From positions 64,001 through 128,000 of the forward strand of contig CAWIEK010000001.1 of assembly GCA_963835065.1 (NCBI GenBank): a stretch of DNA of 64,000 nucleotides. The letters run 5' to 3'. Below the pieces are notes generated by a model. It ran no database searches, was not told the origin of the DNA, and was given only the letters and a program-made list of their open reading frames with translations. This DNA is from an uncultured Chthonomonadaceae bacterium. GTDB taxonomy: Bacteria > Armatimonadota > Chthonomonadetes > Chthonomonadales > Chthonomonadaceae. This document shows positions 38,514 through 48,871 of the stretch, one piece after another (the stretch's first letter is position 1; every line of letters begins with the position of its first letter). The position numbers and the translations under genes are program-made.

Positions 38514-40606
38514 GCGCGTTGCTCCTCAGCAAAACAACTTATCAGCGCTGCCAGCAGCAGCAGGGGCGCGACATGAAGGGTCAGGCGCTCCACGCTGCTG
38601 ATGATATGGGCGGGAAGCGCGGACGGGGTTATCATATAAATGCCTATGTAGCCGCAAAATTGTACTCCGGCGAACAGCCAGAGCGGGCCTGTCAGGGCAA
38701 GGCGGCGTTTACGCGCGGCGATGCCCCCTGCCAGTATAATCACGCCCAACAATCCCCATGCGGGGAACCGGGGACCAAGCCACACAAATTGTTTGCCGAA
38801 CCCATATACCATAGCGTACCACATTCGCCACCAGAGCAAGCGAATCGTGAAATGCGGCGGATGTGTCGGCTGCATCACATCGTTGGTCAAATTCCAGCGC
38901 TGTTTGAGCAGCCACCAGGGCAGGCAAGCCAGAACGGGAGCAAGCAGCCACCAGGACAGCCTGCGTTCCTGTTTTTGTTGCGGAGCGTTGCCGGTAGATG
39001 CTGCGGCAGTGTTGCCTGCTATTTCTGTTCCGGTTGCCTGTTCCATTCCTGCGATAGTAGATGCCGGGGGAACAATGCCTGTTGCTGAATTGTCGGCAGG
39101 AACGGCAGGCGGAACGCGGCGGGCGCGTAAAAAGTGCCAACCAATGACGAGAAACGCCGATACGCAGGCAAGCAATCCCTCGTTTTTGACTAAAATTACG
39201 CCCGCCAGCATCCATCCGACGAGCGGCCATGCCGCATTTTCCCGCTCTACAAGGACGCGCATGAGAAACACGCCCGCGCCGAGCATGTAAAGCGCCAGGG
39301 GCAAATCCGCATACCCGGAAACGGCATGAAGCGTCACTTCCGGCAAGCCGGAAAGCAGGGCGGTTGCTACGAGCGCGTAAACGGGCGGCACATAGCGCAG
39401 CGCGGACGCAGCGAAAATCGCCAGCAAGTCGGCATAAAACAGCAGTCCGTTCGCCTGCGCCCAATGCAAATCTATCGCGTTGAAATGCCGGTAGTTCCAC
39501 CACGTCAGCAGGGGCGTGAGCAGGGGATAATCAAAGTGCGCGTAAGGGAACTGCGCCGGATTTTGCCAGAGGCTTAAATTGCCGTCCAGAAACAGGACTT
39601 TAGCTTTCAATTGCCAGATGGCAACTGCGTCCCAATCCAGCCCGATCAGTCCCATGCGTTCCAGAGCGGTAAATACGCCAAGCAGCAGGGCGGCGCGACA
39701 AAGATAATCACGCCAGTTCTCCTTAACGGCTTGCCGTACAAACCGGTGTGTTTGGGGCGACGGGCTGAACCCCTTCGCTGTATGGCGTTCCGCCGACTGT
39801 CCTTCGGACAAAAATTCCCTAAATACAGAGTTGTGTCCGAAGGACACTGGGCCGCAGGCCATACAGCGAAGGGGTTCAGCCCGTCGCCCCAAACACACCG
39901 CACATAAACCCGCCACCCCAACATACACCGGCCAAACCAACGGCTTGCCGACACACGCAATACAAAGCGTCTGCATGACGGCGAACGCGGCTACGCCGAT
40001 AAGATGCGCAATGGCAAAATTGGCCCACCAGGTTTCAAACGGCGGCGCGCGCAGCGTCAGCGTCATCAGCAGAACGCCTAATACAACCACTGCAAGCAGG
40101 CTGAACGCGCCGGAAACCAAGCGTAAAATAAAGGGCAAGCGAGGTTCGGGCGTTGACACGGGCGCGGCATTGGCAAGACGGTTTGAAAACGCAAGCAGGG
40201 CGCGGGAATCCTGTCCTGCCATTCGCCAGGCAAGCGGTTCTTGTTTTTGTCGCGCTTCCAGAACCGGAGCCATGCGCCCAAAAGCCAGAATGCCCTCATA
40301 GCGCGACAGGGCATCCGGCGGCAGGCTGTTGGAAACAATGTCAATGTGGTGCGGGTACAGGAAATAAATCAGCCGGGTGCTGAAATGGAAATGGGTTTGA
40401 TCCTGATTGGAAACCAGCAGTAGCAGGCGCGCGTTCGTCGGCAGGGGCGCGATCCAGCGTACCGCGTCCTGCACGGCCTGCTCGTCCGCGTCGTTCGCCA
40501 GGTGGCGCTGTACGGGCAGCCGCCACACGACAGCAAGCGCATTAACCACAGTTACCAACAAGGCAAACGCCCATAACAATGTTAGATTTTTCGAGCGCTG
40601 GCCCAT
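38510..40606 (-). CDS. Polytopic membrane protein, GT-C glycosyltransferase-like
   Basis: WDAVAIW..KAK, DYPLL, GYADLP, KNEG; many TM helices; in-frame palindrome at 39744-39900. Confidence 0.7.
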   Translation of the reverse strand: MGQRSKNLTLLWAFALLVTVVNALAVVWRLPVQRHLANDADEQAVQDAVRWIAPLPTNARLLLLVSNQDQTHFHFSTRLIYFLYPHHIDIVSNSLPPDALSRYEGILAFGRMAPVLEARQKQEPLAWRMAGQDSRALLAFSNRLANAAPVSTPEPRLPFILRLVSGAFSLLAVVVLGVLLMTLTLRAPPFETWWANFAIAHLIGVAAFAVMQTLCIACVGKPLVWPVYVGVAGLCAVCLGRRAEPLRCMACGPVSFGHNSVFREFLSEGQSAERHTAKGFSPSPQTHRFVRQAVKENWRDYLCRAALLLGVFTALERMGLIGLDWDAVAIWQLKAKVLFLDGNLSLWQNPAQFPYAHFDYPLLTPLLTWWNYRHFNAIDLHWAQANGLLFYADLLAIFAASALRYVPPVYALVATALLSGLPEVTLHAVSGYADLPLALYMLGAGVFLMRVLVERENAAWPLVGWMLAGVILVKNEGLLACVSAFLVIGWHFLRARRVPPAVPADNSATGIVPPASTIAGMEQATGTEIAGNTAAASTGNAPQQKQERRLSWWLLAPVLACLPWWLLKQRWNLTNDVMQPTHPPHFTIRLLWWRMWYAMVYGFGKQFVWLGPRFPAWGLLGVIILAGGIAARKRRLALTGPLWLFAGVQFCGYIGIYMITPSALPAHIISSVERLTLHVAPLLLLAALISCFAEEQRA
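39744..39900. repeat. Family P palindromic element inside a CDS
   Basis: Perfect 43-bp inverted repeat 39744-39786 / 39858-39900. Confidence 0.9.
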
Positions 40607-43102
40607 TTATAGCGTACCGGCAAATTGGATTCGCGCCTGAGTCAACTTCTCTTCCGCTTCAGCAACGGCGTTGACGTATGTTTGTTCCTGTCGGCGCAAT
40701 GTCGAAGAAACACGCTCCTGCGCTTCCAAATCCGTGAGCAGATCAATCATAATTGCGTCAACATGCGCAGGCGTCAGTTCAATCAACCCTGTGGAACCGG
40801 TGTACAAACGCTCTATCTGTTTTGCTCCGAAACCACAGCGCAGATAATCGCACAGGTACTCAGGAACAATCCGGGACAGGTCTGCGCGAATAATCGTTAC
40901 ATGCCCGTCTGCTATAGCAGGTTTGTCGGAACGATACACGCAGCATTTGCCGAGCGTTCCATCTCCCGTTGACGCAAGCAAAACATCTCCTTGCTGAATC
41001 AGGTTCAGGTTTTCCTTGCGTTTTACACTATTCTCAACATACTCGTCGTACAGGCTTTTCTCAATGTAATCCCCTTCCACAAGCAACTGTCCCAACTTGG
41101 AGATGTTACTGCCTGCCTTTACCACGAGCGCGTAACCATCTATCTCATCCACGTACATGTCTGCCGGAGGGCTGCTTCCCCGGCTGGTTTTAATCAAATT
41201 GAGCGATTGAACGCCTGCGCCAGCCGTATGCAGCGAATTAATTTTGGCGCGAATGTCCGGCTCCCAATACTTGTAATCAAGACGATACGTGGTATCCGCG
41301 ACAATATTGCGACTTTCCACATCAAACGCCATCCAATGATAACCGGCGCGCGGGCTGGGCGCGGCATGGTTGAGAAAATCATTCTCTACTTCGCGCAGCA
41401 GCCGCTCAAAATCGAAGCCGCGAATAGTATCCCCGGAGCCAATATAGCCGAGGGATTGCAAATCGCAGAAAGTGACGGGGTAGCGTTCCGCAAAATCAAC
41501 ATCTTCCTGTTCAAGCCGCTGCATGTACAGTACGCTGGAACGCACGTTGATCTTGTTGGGCTTAAATGTATCTTCCGGCAGGCGCAAAACCGCTTTTATA
41601 CGGCAATTTTGCAGCAGCCATTTGCGCAGCTCCGTCGCGGTATCTGTATTCAAGACACCTTCATCAATAACCGTGCAAATCTCTCCTCCAGGCTTTGTGC
41701 TGCACACCATTTTTTGAAGGAACAGCAATTGCCCTTTTGCCGTCGGCACGGGGTAGCCTGTCAACTCTCCTTTTGCGGACGAGTCGGATTCCGAAGTGCC
41801 AAACGGCGGATTGGTCATAATCAAATCGCAGTCCGCCGCGTTCATATCCCAACTCCGCGCGCTTTTCACCAGGCTGTTTTCGGCGCGTATATTGGTGTGT
41901 CCATCGCCCAAAATAATCATGTTCATCTTGGCGGCACAAGCAACGCCATTGTTGGCATCCGCGCCATAAAAAACAAATTCAAACATGCTTTTACGGATTT
42001 TTTCGTGCGTGGCTTGATTGATGCGTTTTTTTTCAAGCTGTTCGCCGAGCAGAACTAAATTTGCCTGCATCATATAAACGAGAAAGCCGCCGGTTCCACA
42101 CGCCGGATCAAGAACTTTGATGTTTGTGCCGGTAAGCAGGGCATTCAGAATCTTTTCCCGCCCCACCAGATACGACATGACCGCAATCAAAGGGCGCGGC
42201 GTAAAGTATTGGCCCAGTTTTTTGCCCTTCAAGGTAGCCCGCACGTAATACTCGAACGCCGCGCCTTTGGAATCCAAATTGCTGTCATAGAAGGATACTT
42301 TAGAAAGTTCATGGACGATATAGGCGAACGTTTTTGGGTTTTTCAGGCGTACCGGGTCTTCCAAAACATCCCCGTAGGATGTTTTCTGCTTGATTTGTTC
42401 AATCATGCTTTGCACAGCGTCTTTCACCCGGTCGCTTTGGTTCTCCGGCGTTGCCGCCAGTTCAAAAAAACGGTAGGTGTAAGGGAGCATGAAATCAGAC
42501 AGGTCGTGTTTTTCCTCCAACAATTTTAGAAACAGCAGTTTGGAAAAATCCGCGAAAGCGTATTCCTCATCCTTTTCTATCTTGCGAATGGCGTTGTGGC
42601 AGCGCGCGAACAGCCCGTTCAGTTGCTTCAAAGGCAAGCCGGGACGGAACGGAAGGCTTTGGTCTTGTGACAGGGCAACATCCGCGGAGTTCGGGTTCGC
42701 TTTTAGCGCATTGATGACAATCGGCAGCTGCGCTTTTGTTGGTATGCGCTCCGATAGACTGCCATTCCATCGAATCGGCTGGCCGGTAGCCGTGTTGAAG
42801 CACTGCACGTCTGTACCATTTGTCACAACCACAAACAGCACATTCAATGATTTGGCGTAAGCAATCGCCTGATCACGGTTTTTTGCGCTGAGAATTTTCG
42901 AGGAACGCTTGGCTTCAATCAGAAACAATGAGTGCGGCTTGCCACAGGTGACCAGTATATCCACATAGCCTTTGGAGTAGTTATCCGTCTTCTTTACAGC
43001 CGTTTCAAAGTCCAGGTCTTTGACAATATCATAGCCGCGCCGGGACAGGTACGGAAGTATCTTCTTGATAACAGTTTCCTGCTCGGTCTGAATGTTGGAC
43101 AT
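40607..43102 (-). CDS. Fused restriction endonuclease-N6 methyltransferase-TRD (type IIG-like)
   Basis: VDILV..IEAK nuclease, GQYFTPR, DPACGTGGF, NPPF, C-terminal TRD-like region. Confidence 0.85.
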   Translation of the reverse strand: MSNIQTEQETVIKKILPYLSRRGYDIVKDLDFETAVKKTDNYSKGYVDILVTCGKPHSLFLIEAKRSSKILSAKNRDQAIAYAKSLNVLFVVVTNGTDVQCFNTATGQPIRWNGSLSERIPTKAQLPIVINALKANPNSADVALSQDQSLPFRPGLPLKQLNGLFARCHNAIRKIEKDEEYAFADFSKLLFLKLLEEKHDLSDFMLPYTYRFFELAATPENQSDRVKDAVQSMIEQIKQKTSYGDVLEDPVRLKNPKTFAYIVHELSKVSFYDSNLDSKGAAFEYYVRATLKGKKLGQYFTPRPLIAVMSYLVGREKILNALLTGTNIKVLDPACGTGGFLVYMMQANLVLLGEQLEKKRINQATHEKIRKSMFEFVFYGADANNGVACAAKMNMIILGDGHTNIRAENSLVKSARSWDMNAADCDLIMTNPPFGTSESDSSAKGELTGYPVPTAKGQLLFLQKMVCSTKPGGEICTVIDEGVLNTDTATELRKWLLQNCRIKAVLRLPEDTFKPNKINVRSSVLYMQRLEQEDVDFAERYPVTFCDLQSLGYIGSGDTIRGFDFERLLREVENDFLNHAAPSPRAGYHWMAFDVESRNIVADTTYRLDYKYWEPDIRAKINSLHTAGAGVQSLNLIKTSRGSSPPADMYVDEIDGYALVVKAGSNISKLGQLLVEGDYIEKSLYDEYVENSVKRKENLNLIQQGDVLLASTGDGTLGKCCVYRSDKPAIADGHVTIIRADLSRIVPEYLCDYLRCGFGAKQIERLYTGSTGLIELTPAHVDAIMIDLLTDLEAQERVSSTLRRQEQTYVNAVAEAEEKLTQARIQFAGTL

Positions 43103-43159
43103 CTGCTCCCTCGTAGAAATACAGGCGATACGGCAAAATGAAAACTTGAACTTGGCGGT

Positions 43160-44020
43160 TCATGCGGCGACGGCAAAGATGGGCTGCAGCCCCGTGCCAT
43201 ACGCGCGCAGTTCCGCGAGTTCTTCGGCTTCGAGTGGGCGGAAGTCCTGCGCCAGATCGAGGGCGAGCCGGAACAAGCGCGGGTCGCCGGGCGGAACGGC
43301 TGCCGTAACGGACTGCGACAGCGTGAAGCGCAGGGCAAGGCTGGCATGATGCGGGTCGGAAAGCGGCTCGTACCAGCAATGCGGGAACGAGCGGTGCGCG
43401 TCCTGCTTCCAGCTTGTGCGCGCCATTGCTTTCAGCGCTAAACGCGCCACGCCCTTTTCTTCAGCGCGGGCGATAATCTGCGGCCCGAAATTGCCCTCAT
43501 AATACGTGACGAAGTTGATGGGGAATAAGGCGGACGCGAAATCGAATTTGTCCATTGCCAGCAGAGCCGCTTCCACCGAGTGCGCGCTGAAGCCTAAATG
43601 CCGCACGAGTCCGGCTTGCTGCGCTTCCACAAACGCTTCCATCGCGCCACCCGGCCCAAAGCACGTCTCAACTTCTTCTGTTGTTGTGATGTGGTGCAGC
43701 TGGTACAAGTCGAAATGGTCGGTCTGCAAATGCTTCAGGGAGCGGTGGAGTTCTTCGACCGCGCCCGCTTTGTCGCGCGACTCGGTTTTGCAGGCCAGAA
43801 ACACGCTGTCGCGGTACGGTTTCAGCGCGGGGCCAAGCCGCTTTTCCGTTTCCTGATCCCGCCCGTAGCTCGGCGCGACATCGAAATAGGTGACACCTCG
43901 CTCAATGGCTTCCGCCACAATATGGTCGGCTGCGGCTTGCTCCATGTCCACCAACACCACGCCGCCCAACCCGATAATCGAGAGTCTATCCCCCGTCCGC
44001 CCCAACACCCGTTGTTCCAT
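43160..44020 (-). CDS. Aldo/keto reductase
   Basis: YFDVAPSYG, DLYQLH, LGFSAH. Confidence 0.9.
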   Translation of the reverse strand: MEQRVLGRTGDRLSIIGLGGVVLVDMEQAAADHIVAEAIERGVTYFDVAPSYGRDQETEKRLGPALKPYRDSVFLACKTESRDKAGAVEELHRSLKHLQTDHFDLYQLHHITTTEEVETCFGPGGAMEAFVEAQQAGLVRHLGFSAHSVEAALLAMDKFDFASALFPINFVTYYEGNFGPQIIARAEEKGVARLALKAMARTSWKQDAHRSFPHCWYEPLSDPHHASLALRFTLSQSVTAAVPPGDPRLFRLALDLAQDFRPLEAEELAELRAYGTGLQPIFAVAA

Positions 44021-44038
44021 AATCGTTTCCTGCCCCTT

Positions 44039-44133
44039 AGAGCCTATCCCACCAGGCGCGGCATTTGCGTCCGCAGGACGCTTGTACTTTCCTGCCGGGT
44101 ACTTTCAGTACCCGGCCTATGGGGATAGGCTCT
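44039..44133. repeat. MITE-like element carrying half a family-P arm
   Basis: AGAGCCTATCC ... GGATAGGCTCT terminal IR; interior matches 57373-57449. Confidence 0.7.
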
Positions 44134-44251
44134 TAATTTTGAAATTAGCCGCAACTCTGCGCAAATACACGCAAATGGCGCTTGCGTAAAATATCATACC
44201 TCAAATGCTTCCGCGTCGCTACAACGCGCAAAGTTAAGGGCAAGCGGCCCC

Positions 44252-45061
44252 CTACAACAAGTGCATCATCTTGTGGGTTTGGGGAATGACGCGCACTTCC
44301 GACAGGCGGCGAGCTGCGCGGGCATGAAGTTCAATCATTCGGGCGGGGGAAACCGGCTGCCTTTCCGTTCCGGTTGGCGTGACCGGCTGCAAAATCAGAG
44401 GGATGGTTCGGTCAACGTCCGCAAGGGCGCTTGTTACCGCATCGAGTTCCGCATCCGTAGTGCGTGGCGTGATGACGAGTTTGCCGTATACGTTCGCCTC
44501 CCGCGCGATTTGCAAAAAGGCGCGGTGCTTTTCCCAGGTTTTCGCCTCACTGACGCCTGTAGCGCTCGGCGCTTTGAAGTCCATAGATACATAATCCAGC
44601 AGATGTATAATGCGCTTCAAATGGTCAGGCAGCAAGCCATTGGTTTCCACAAACGTTTTTAATCCCAATGCGCGCGCTTCGGGCAGCCATTGCTCCCAAA
44701 AGCGGGCATGAAGCAGGGGTTCCCCTCCCGTAATGGAAAGGGAATGGTGCGGTTCGCCTAGATAATCGCGGACGATTTCGGTCAGCGTCGTGACTGTGAC
44801 AGGATTGGCGACCGGGCGAAATTTCCACGAGCCGGGCGTTTCCTCTACGCGGCAGGCAAGCGGAATGGGCGACTCTTTGAGCGTTTCGGGGCTGTCGCAA
44901 TACGTGCAGCGCAGGTTGCAGCCATACGTCCGTACAAAAATTTGCCGATGCCCCACCAAAATGCCCTCGCCCTGTATGGACGAAAACACTTCCACGAGCC
45001 GAACCGATGGGGGTTTTCCAATTTGCGGAACCAAAACAGGTTCCAATACGCTTTGTGCCAT
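44252..45061 (-). CDS. queE: 7-carboxy-7-deazaguanine synthase (radical SAM)
   Basis: EVFSSIQGEG, CNLRCTYCD, TGGEP, ETNG, PQTHK. Confidence 0.9.
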   Translation of the reverse strand: MAQSVLEPVLVPQIGKPPSVRLVEVFSSIQGEGILVGHRQIFVRTYGCNLRCTYCDSPETLKESPIPLACRVEETPGSWKFRPVANPVTVTTLTEIVRDYLGEPHHSLSITGGEPLLHARFWEQWLPEARALGLKTFVETNGLLPDHLKRIIHLLDYVSMDFKAPSATGVSEAKTWEKHRAFLQIAREANVYGKLVITPRTTDAELDAVTSALADVDRTIPLILQPVTPTGTERQPVSPARMIELHARAARRLSEVRVIPQTHKMMHLL

Positions 45062-45254
45062 ACTTTATTATACCAATTTCCGCCGCAAGCCGTCGGAGCG
45101 GACCCGCTGCTTCCAAGCCCTCCATTGTTTTCAAAAGGAATCGCATTTGCGGCGCGTTGCCGGGACTGGTACAATGGTGTATCAATCCAACGCAGCCGCT
45201 TTTTGTTTGAGAACCATTTTTTGAAAACCATTTTGAGGAAGACGAGCCTTTATT

Positions 45255-47337
45255 ATGACCGCCGTAAAGCATACGAACCGCTTGGCGCAGGAAACCAGCC
45301 CGTACCTGCTCCAGCATGCCCATAATCCCGTAGACTGGCACGCCTGGGGCGAAGAAGCCCTTGAACTTGCCCGTACCCAAAACAAGCCGATTTTGCTTTC
45401 CGTCGGCTATTCCGCGTGTCACTGGTGTCACGTCATGGAGCGCGAAAGTTTCGAGAACGAGGCCATTGCCGCCATTATGAACCGCGAATTTGTCTGCATC
45501 AAGGTAGACCGCGAGGAGCGCCCCGATGTGGACGCCATTTATATGAGCGCGGTGCAGTTGATGACCGGGCAGGGCGGCTGGCCCATGACCGTGTTTATGA
45601 CGCCGGACGGCAAGCCGTTTTTCGGCGGCACGTATTTCCCGCCCCAGGATATGTACGGGCGTCCCGGCTTTCCCCGTATTCTGGAAGCCGTCGCAACCGC
45701 CTGGCAGACGGAAAGGTCGGGCATTGAATCGCAATCCGATACCATTCTGGCGCACATGGATCAGGGCAACGACCTGACGCGCGATTTGCCCGACAGCCTG
45801 CTGACGCCCAAGATTCTGGAAAACGCCTACAACACGCTGTCCTCTTCCTTTGACCGGCAGCACGGCGGCTTTGGCAGCGCGCCCAAGTTCCCGCAGCCCG
45901 CCAATCTGGATTTTCTGCTCCGCTTCCACGCGCGGGGCAAGCGTCAGGAACCCTTGCAGATGGTGGAAAAGACGCTGCAAAAAATGGCGTTAGGCGGCAT
46001 GTACGATCAGTTGGGCGGCGGCTTTCACCGCTACAGCACGGATCAAACTTGGCTCGTGCCCCACTTTGAAAAAATGCTCTACGACAACGCGCAGCTTGCG
46101 CAAACCTACGCCCACGCCTTTCAAATCACGGGCAAAGCGTTTTACAAGGGTGTGGCGGAAGAGACATTGGAATACGTTCTGCGCGAAATGACCGGCGCGG
46201 AGGGCGGCTTTTACTCGGCGCAGGACGCGGACAGCGAGGGCGAGGAAGGCAAGTTCTTCGTGTGGACGCCCGCAGAAGTCGTTACCGTGCTGGGCGAGCA
46301 GGACGCCAAAATCTTCAACGCGTTTTACGACGTGAGCAAGGGCGGCAACTGGGAAGGCAACAGCATCCTGCACGTTGTCATGGACGCGAAAGATGTGGCG
46401 CAGCAGTTCGGCTTGAGCGTGGAGCAGGCGGCGCAAATTCTGGACAAAGCCCGCATTAAAATGCTGCAAGCCCGCGAACAGCGCGTCAAACCCGGCCTTG
46501 ACGACAAAGTTCTGACCGCGTGGAACGGCCTGATGCTGGCTGCCTTCGCGGAATGTGGCGCAATTTTCAACCGTCAGGACTTCATCAACGCGGCTATTAA
46601 AAACGCGGACTTCATTTTAAGTCAGTTGGTACAGGCTGACGATAAAACGCGATTATTGCGCGCGTATCGCAACGGGCAGGCGAAACTAAACGGCTATCTG
46701 GAAGATTACGCTTTTTATGCCGACGGCCTGCTGCATCTGTATCAGGCAACATTTGAAGCAGAAATGGCTGATGGAAGCGCGCAGCCTTGCGGATAACATG
46801 CTCGAACACTTCTGGGACGAGGAACACAGCGGCTTTTTCACGACGAGCAATGACCACGAACAACTGGTGCAGCGGCTGAAAGATTTGGACGACAACGCCA
46901 CGCCAAGCGGCAATTCCGTTGGCGTGGAAGTTCTGCTCAAACTATGGGCGTTTACGGGCAATGAGCGGTATCAGCAGTGCGCGGCCCGCATCCTGCGCAA
47001 ACTCGGTCCGGTTCTGGAAAAGCATCCCTACGGCTTCGCCCGCTTGCTCGGCGCGCTCGACCTGTACCTGTCCGGCCCGCAGGAAATCGGACTGCGCGGC
47101 GAACCGTCCGACCCGGCCACGCAAGCCATGCTGCGCGCCGCCTTCACGCCCTTCCTGCCCAACAAAGTGATCGGCCTGACGCATCCCGGATTCGGGAATA
47201 CAGGGCACGGCATCGCGTTCCTCAACGACCGCCCCGCCGTAAACGGCCAGCCCACCGCCTACGTATGTCAAAACTTCGCCTGCAAAGCGCCCGTCACCAC
47301 CGCCGAAGCCCTTGCGCGACAGTTACAGGAGATATAA
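45255..47337 (+). CDS. Thioredoxin-domain protein (DUF255/YyaL family); 1-nt frameshift at ~46757
   Basis: [40 protein letters not shown]. Confidence 0.9.
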
Positions 47338-47608
47338 TTACGATTGAGCAAATGTCTGTGCAAGACCTGACTGAACACGCCCGCGACTTCCGGGAACTGT
47401 TTGCTCCAGGCCGGAAAATGCTTTTGTTGCGTAATGCGGGAAGGGGACTGACCCAGGACTTCATAATCATGCTTACGCTCGTTCAAAAGTCTGTTGTAAA
47501 GGTGACGGCACGTATCCAGAGTACGCCGTAAAAGTGTCTCCTGCGCGGGTGTGGGCAGTATTCGGTATTTGGTATTGTGTGTTGGGTATTGAACGTTGGT
47601 GGTTGCGA

Positions 47609-47926
47609 TCAGGTGTCAGGGGATTGGCCCGGTGTTTGAAGGGGAGAAGGAACGGCAGGCGCTTGGGATGATTGACGGCGGCGATGCAGCAGATACAGCG
47701 CGAAGTCGCTTAACCCGGCGAACCGAAAACCGGGGTCTACATAGTGTTCAATGACATAAAACGCGAAGTAATAGAAGCGGGCAAACGCCCATATAGCAAC
47801 GGCAAGCACAAACGCGACGTGCAGGGTCGGGTATTCCAGCAGCAGAATACCCGACGCAAACACGCCCGTAAACAGGAACAGCAAGCCTTTGAAGATAATC
47901 AGTTTCGGGCTTTTAATATCACCCAT
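47609..47926 (-). CDS. Small hypothetical membrane protein
   Basis: RFYYFAFYVIEHYVDP; two hydrophobic helices. Confidence 0.65.
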   Translation of the reverse strand: MGDIKSPKLIIFKGLLFLFTGVFASGILLLEYPTLHVAFVLAVAIWAFARFYYFAFYVIEHYVDPGFRFAGLSDFALYLLHRRRQSSQAPAVPSPLQTPGQSPDT

Positions 47927-47942
47927 TGCGCATACCTTCCAG

Positions 47943-48028
47943 TTAGGGTTTTAGGGTTCTATGGTTTCAGGTATCGGGCTTCTGTCTTCTGTCTTCTTCC
48001 CTAATATCTAATATCTAATATCTAATGC
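47943..48028. repeat. Stack of short tandem repeats (TAGGGTTT, CTTCTGT, CTAATAT)
   Basis: Directly visible in the intergenic spacer. Confidence 0.7.
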
Positions 48029-48032
48029 CTTC

Positions 48033-48773
48033 CTACCCCGTTTTGGAAGCAAAAACCGTTCCACGCGCCAGCGGCAGCAGGCTGCCTTTTACGGACAGCG
48101 CAATGGACTTGAACAGGCTGGCCGCTTCCGCCGAAATCGCCGTTTTGGAGAATAAAATCACGACAAATAACTCCTGCGAGGGTAGCAGACCGCCGAAACC
48201 GATGACCGAGCGGATGCCATACGGCGCGACAAAATCCTGCTGCGCGGGAATGTAGGGACTGCCCCCGGCTTCCGGCACGTAAAAAACGTTGTAACTGCGT
48301 TTATTGGCGTCTTCCATCAGCAGGCCCTGTCCGGGCGCGATCACGTCCCGGATTTGCAGGCCCATTTGCTGAATCAGACTTGCAATCATCGGTGACTGCC
48401 TCACCATTTGCTCACTCAGCAGGGGAATCGCCTGATGGCGCAGGGAGCGCGCCCGGTCATTCCACTCCGGCCTGTCGCCCACCGTCGCCAGCAGCGTCAG
48501 GCATTTGGTTTCCGGCTGTATCGGTACGCCGCCTGCCGCATTTCGGGCAAAGCCGCGCAATAAAATCGGCAGTTGGCCGAAGTCGTGCGTTTTGTAAAAG
48601 CGCGCGAGGGCGCAGGATTTCTCGCCTGTTTGCGGTTCGCCCAAATTGTCGTACAGGTACGCGGCGATGGCCTGCGCGAGTTCTTCCATGCTGCGCGCGC
48701 CTGCCCCGATTTTACTCAGGGCGGCGCTGCATTCCAGCACTTCGGCAATAGAAAACCGCGCAAGATCAAGCAT
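48033..48773 (-). CDS. Hypothetical GAF-like protein
   Basis: CALARFYKT, CLTLLATVG, SPYIPAQ, IRSVIGFGG. Confidence 0.65.
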   Translation of the reverse strand: MLDLARFSIAEVLECSAALSKIGAGARSMEELAQAIAAYLYDNLGEPQTGEKSCALARFYKTHDFGQLPILLRGFARNAAGGVPIQPETKCLTLLATVGDRPEWNDRARSLRHQAIPLLSEQMVRQSPMIASLIQQMGLQIRDVIAPGQGLLMEDANKRSYNVFYVPEAGGSPYIPAQQDFVAPYGIRSVIGFGGLLPSQELFVVILFSKTAISAEAASLFKSIALSVKGSLLPLARGTVFASKTG

Positions 48774-48871
48774 GAAGCGTTATCCTCTAAGATTAGTACC
48801 GTTTAATTAAAAAGTTTGCAGGGGCGCAATTTATTGTGTCCCTGCAAACTTATAATGGCAGCCTCAGTTGA

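Noticed and set aside
40607..45061. queE near an RM gene as a 7-deazaguanine DNA modification (dpd) system
   Set aside because: No dpdA/tgt, queC, queD or folE nearby, and an aldo/keto reductase intervenes
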